A DNA stretch of 64,000 bases from Eledone cirrhosa (taxonomy: Eukaryota): NCBI GenBank assembly GCA_964016885.1, contig OZ024740.1, forward strand, positions 391,592,001 to 391,656,000, written 5' to 3'. Position numbers and translations under genes: made by a program. Numbering within the stretch: position 1 is the stretch's first letter; each line of letters begins with the position of its first letter. The notes under the pieces are model-generated. The model had not been told where the DNA came from, searched no databases, and saw nothing but the letters and a program-made list of their open reading frames with translations. Below, piece after piece: positions 59,785 to 64,000 of the stretch.

Positions 59785-60695
59785 TTATATATATATTTAT
59801 ATATATATACATAAGTATGTATATATCCGTGTTAAGTAACCTGATATTTGAAAAGAGAAGGAAGGAAGGTTTGTATCTATTACTAACTCTTAAAATAATC
59901 TTCGCCGTCACACATTCAAAAGAGTAAGAGCTCTTAGTACAATTCAAATTTTTATTGTCGTAGTACAATTCAAATTGTTATTGTCGTAGACATTGTTGTA
60001 GCTTTTAACTTAACAAATTCATATTGTTTGCAGAGCCATCGTTTTGGCTATATCTGTACTGAATTGGCAATATAAGTTAAACACTGCATTCATTATCCAC
60101 AAATATTTATTACTTCTTTCGAAGCCTCCTGAGCGTTTTAACGCCGGTTTTTATTGTCATTATTCTATGAACAATTGATTTTATGTTCACTATCAAAATT
60201 TCTCTTGTTATTGGTGTTGTTCGTCTTCTTTGATTTAAACCATCATTGTTTCCCGTGTTCTTGTTGATTTTAATGTTGATTTTAATGTTATTACTGTTGT
60301 AAAAAATTGAACGTAAAAATAAGGTGGTAATTACTTCGCTTGAAAATCCTTGACATTCTCATAATTGGAACGAAACTTTCTTATTAATATTAAGTAGCAT
60401 TTCGAACAACAAATTGCTTAATGAAAGTATTTCTACAGGAAAATTTAAAGAAAATCACGCAATGTCAAGTAACAATGCTTTTGTTTTATTTTGGTTGTCA
60501 AAATAGTGAATTTTTATTTATGATTTTTGTAAAGAGTTTTACTACTGATTCTGTTTATGAATCAATAAAATTGTAGTTTTATAGCTATTAACTATAGCTA
60601 TAACCAAATAAACACATAATCGAAGAGAAATAGAAATCATTGACCCATGGATTCAACGGTTGTCGTACATCATCCTGAATTCAAGTTAATTCTAA

Positions 60696-60810
60696 TTACA
60701 ATGATGGTCATTTTACAATGATGGTCATTTTATATTGATGGTCATTTGACAATGATGGTCATTTTACAATAATGGTCATTTTACAATAATGGTCATTTTA
60801 CAATGATGGT
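60696..60810. repeat. 17-bp minisatellite (ttacaatgatggtcatt), 6-7 copies
   Basis: Direct reading. Confidence 0.9.
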
Positions 60811-60959
60811 GCGATGCTACCTTCACGTTGCACCTATTTCTCGACGAGATTAAATGGCAATTTTTAGTGTATATTGCATTGTTTTAGTGTGGTAAAATGG
60901 ATTTTAGCCGCAATCAAATCTTTGTTGCAACAGCGGCTTTTTTCTTTTTCTTCTCTTCT

Positions 60960-62150
60960 TTGAATGGCTTATTACGAGGAAGAAGAACGGCACTCGAGAC
61001 ACTTTTCATGAACCCAAAAACTGCTGGGAAGAAGATAAGATGGTATCCCAAGCCTGGAAACCTTGTCGGAATACATATAATAGAGCAAATTCCACTAAAC
61101 GCATTCAAGACTCAAATGGTTCGTTTGCCAGTTTCCACATACAACTTTGTGGGTGGATCCAAGCTATCGTATAAGGCACTCGTATAAGTTACTGCTCAGG
61201 GAGAATAGAATCTGAAATATCATGAATACGAAACGACTTTCTTAATCACCCAAACCTGTTTGCTCCACGTGAAATTAGCTTCCTTCACAACAGCAGTAAA
61301 TAGAACTGAAATTCTAGCACTGTATGGAATACCTCCTTTAATCATAAATTCAAGCAAATGTCTATATATCAACAACTCAAGTCATCCTCAAATCTGATGG
61401 TGAAACATCATTCGACATTTCATGGGAGTGCTCCATGGGGACACACTCACTCCCTTTCTATTCATTGTATCGGTGAATCTCATTAGACAGCATAAATGAA
61501 AAAAGTCTCCATCTCCATCTAAGACATAGTGAAAGGCATCCAGCGCAACATTTCACAGACCTCTTCTTTGTAGATGACCTTTCAATTACCACAGAAGCAG
61601 TGTCAGATGTAGAATCACTGTTGCAATGTCTGGAAAAGGCTGCAGCACATGTGGGTCTCTACAGAAGCGAAGGGAAATCTGAATACATCTCCACCACTCC
61701 TCACACTTCCGAACTTAGGTCATTATCCCGTAAAAACATCACGAGGGTGAATGATTTCAAATATCTGGGATCATACATTATAAACTCACATACGAATTTT
61801 CGTATTCGAAAAGTACTGGCATGGAAGGCTTGCAACAAACTAGACAAGATATGGCGCAGCAACATACATAAAAAATATGAATTGAACTATTCCAAGCACT
61901 AGTTGAATCAATGGAGTTGAGACCCTGGAAATTAACAACTGTCCTATAAAGGCGATCGGATGGTACATACACCAACCTCCTTCGTAGAGCAGAAAATTTA
62001 CACTGAGGAGTGCATGAAACCCTACAACAAATATAGAGAAAGCTGAAACCAATATCTATGCGTTTATGCCAGAAACGACTAGAATTAACTGGACACTGTT
62101 ATCGAGCAGACAAAGGGTCATTTCGTCCCTCCTCTTGTGGAGGCCGACAG
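60960..62150 (+). pseudogene. Decayed RTE-group RT fragment
   Basis: GVLHGDTLTPFLF, TDLFFVDDLSI, DFKYLGSYI, AWKACNKLDKIW. Confidence 0.7.
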
Positions 62151-62214
62151 AAAGAGACTCACTTCCCAACTTATAATTGGAATTCAGCTTCGAACATAGC
62201 TGTATACAAATATA

Positions 62215-62615
<401 letters not shown>

Positions 62616-62929
62616 GCATGTGTCTGTGTATATGCGTGTGTATAAATGGATCCGTACCGTCTGGTAGAATCGTATGGATGTCATAGTGAATTACGGAGTT
62701 TGGGGGAGCATTTTAGACCTTGCAGATCCCATCCCACACACTCCAGATCTGAACATGCCCGATTTCTTCTAAAGAAAGAGAAAGAGATATAGCGGGATTA
62801 CTGGTTGCATGAATGTAACAAAACGAGACAATGTTTGTGTATATAATATTTAATTAACGGTAGATAGAATACTTGACATGTCAAAGATAGATGTTAGAAT
62901 GAAACAAAGTTAGTAGTTACCGTTTTGAT

Positions 62930-63120
62930 TGCCAGGCAAACGCGGCTGGCAGAGGGCGCCTGGCCTTAGCCAGGCGCCTGTTGGCCAAATTAATGGCAGA
63001 GCCAAATGAGAAGACTCTTGACCTGGTGCCGAAAAGGCAAAGAGAGAGGAAGGAAGCTTAACGTTGTTAGTTTTATAGGGCTCTGACCGGAAGTTGCAGA
63101 AAGGGTTCCACTTCCCGTCT
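62930..63120. promoter_or_regulatory. GC-richer island with CTCF-like and ETS-like motifs
   Basis: ctggcagagggcgcc at 62946-62960, accggaagt at 63086-63094; motif matches only. Confidence 0.3.
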
Positions 63121-64000
63121 AGATCCCAATCAAAACAAGGGAGACAACCGCTACATAACCTCCCGCCAGAATTTTAGTGTATAAAAATCGAAATGAAAAT
63201 ATGTAGCAAGTTGGCGAGAATGTTGTAACAGGCATGGAAATTACGACAAAAGAATGTCTGGAAAAATCAATGATAGATATCAAGGTAACCAACCGCTCTT
63301 GGCCAGAGAACGACTGGACATCCATCTATCCATCACCCAAAGACACAATGTAATAAAGTAAAAGTAATAGAAGAGCTCAAAGCTCAAAATATAGTTCACA
63401 GGTGTGTAATCACATGACAGCAGGAAAGAAAGTGTGTTCCAGAGAATGAATGCAGGTGGTTTCTGTTCTGTGGTATATCGTGAAATTTCCAACCTCCGAA
63501 TGGATTTTCTCACAGGAAGAGTGCTGCAAAAATGAATTCTCTGGCTTTGGTGAAGCTGTATTGATGTATTGCTGTTGCTGCTGCTGTTGTCTCGCTGAGT
63601 GAGCGTATTCGGTGTTCAAATTCACAGTAAAAAAATTTTTTTTTAGAAAAAATGAGTTGCGCAAAGTGCTAGAAATAGCAGCCGAAGTTGATGGTCGATG
63701 TTGAGAATGCGTTGACCTGGAAGGGTCAAGAGGCCAGCGACCAGAGAAATAAGCATTCTTAATAAATGCGCGGTTATCAACGGTAAATTTACATTGTAAA
63801 TTTATAAACCGGCAAATAGAAGAATATAGCTTAAGGCTGAAGAATCCCTGGTGATAAATGGCGTGCGGCTGTCTGTGAGTAAAGACATCTCAGTGAATCG
63901 AGAATTTATGCTGCCTACACGTGCCAATACAAGGTTGAAAAAAAAATATTTCTAACGCGCGAGAAAATGATAGTGCAATTTTGAAAGTGACAATGATGAA

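Noticed and set aside
62690-62800. PHTPDLNMPDFF resembling the Tc1/mariner SPDLNP motif; lone hAT-like end near 39585
   Set aside because: Too short, with no partner terminus, to call an element.

Overview
AT-rich, microsatellite-dense animal DNA with no intact host protein-coding gene that I can recognise. The MetaSINE-type SINE family, (TA)n/(CA)n density and retroelement mix suggest an octopus or other coleoid cephalopod (inference). Most ORF-track entries are microsatellite read-throughs. Real coding remnants are all retroelements: Penelope-like elements (Naiad-type at 3-854, 15528-15820 and 58440-59180; a young Neptune-type at 41205-45182), a near-intact RTE LINE with three C-terminal C2H2 fingers (49293-52838), R4/Dong-type and CRE-type restriction-like-endonuclease fragments, and CR1-group and RTE fragments. 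The most striking signal is a population of short elements from about ten dissimilar families. They mostly sit in (TA)n, carry minimal type-I hammerhead ribozyme motifs with palindromic stem III (about 20 motifs, including U3-A8 core variants), and are usually folded back into inverted repeats. In one family the fold apex is always hammerhead stem II, and each copy's arms match each other rather than other copies, suggesting snap-back synthesis at insertion. All structures were read by eye; none has been computed or tested.
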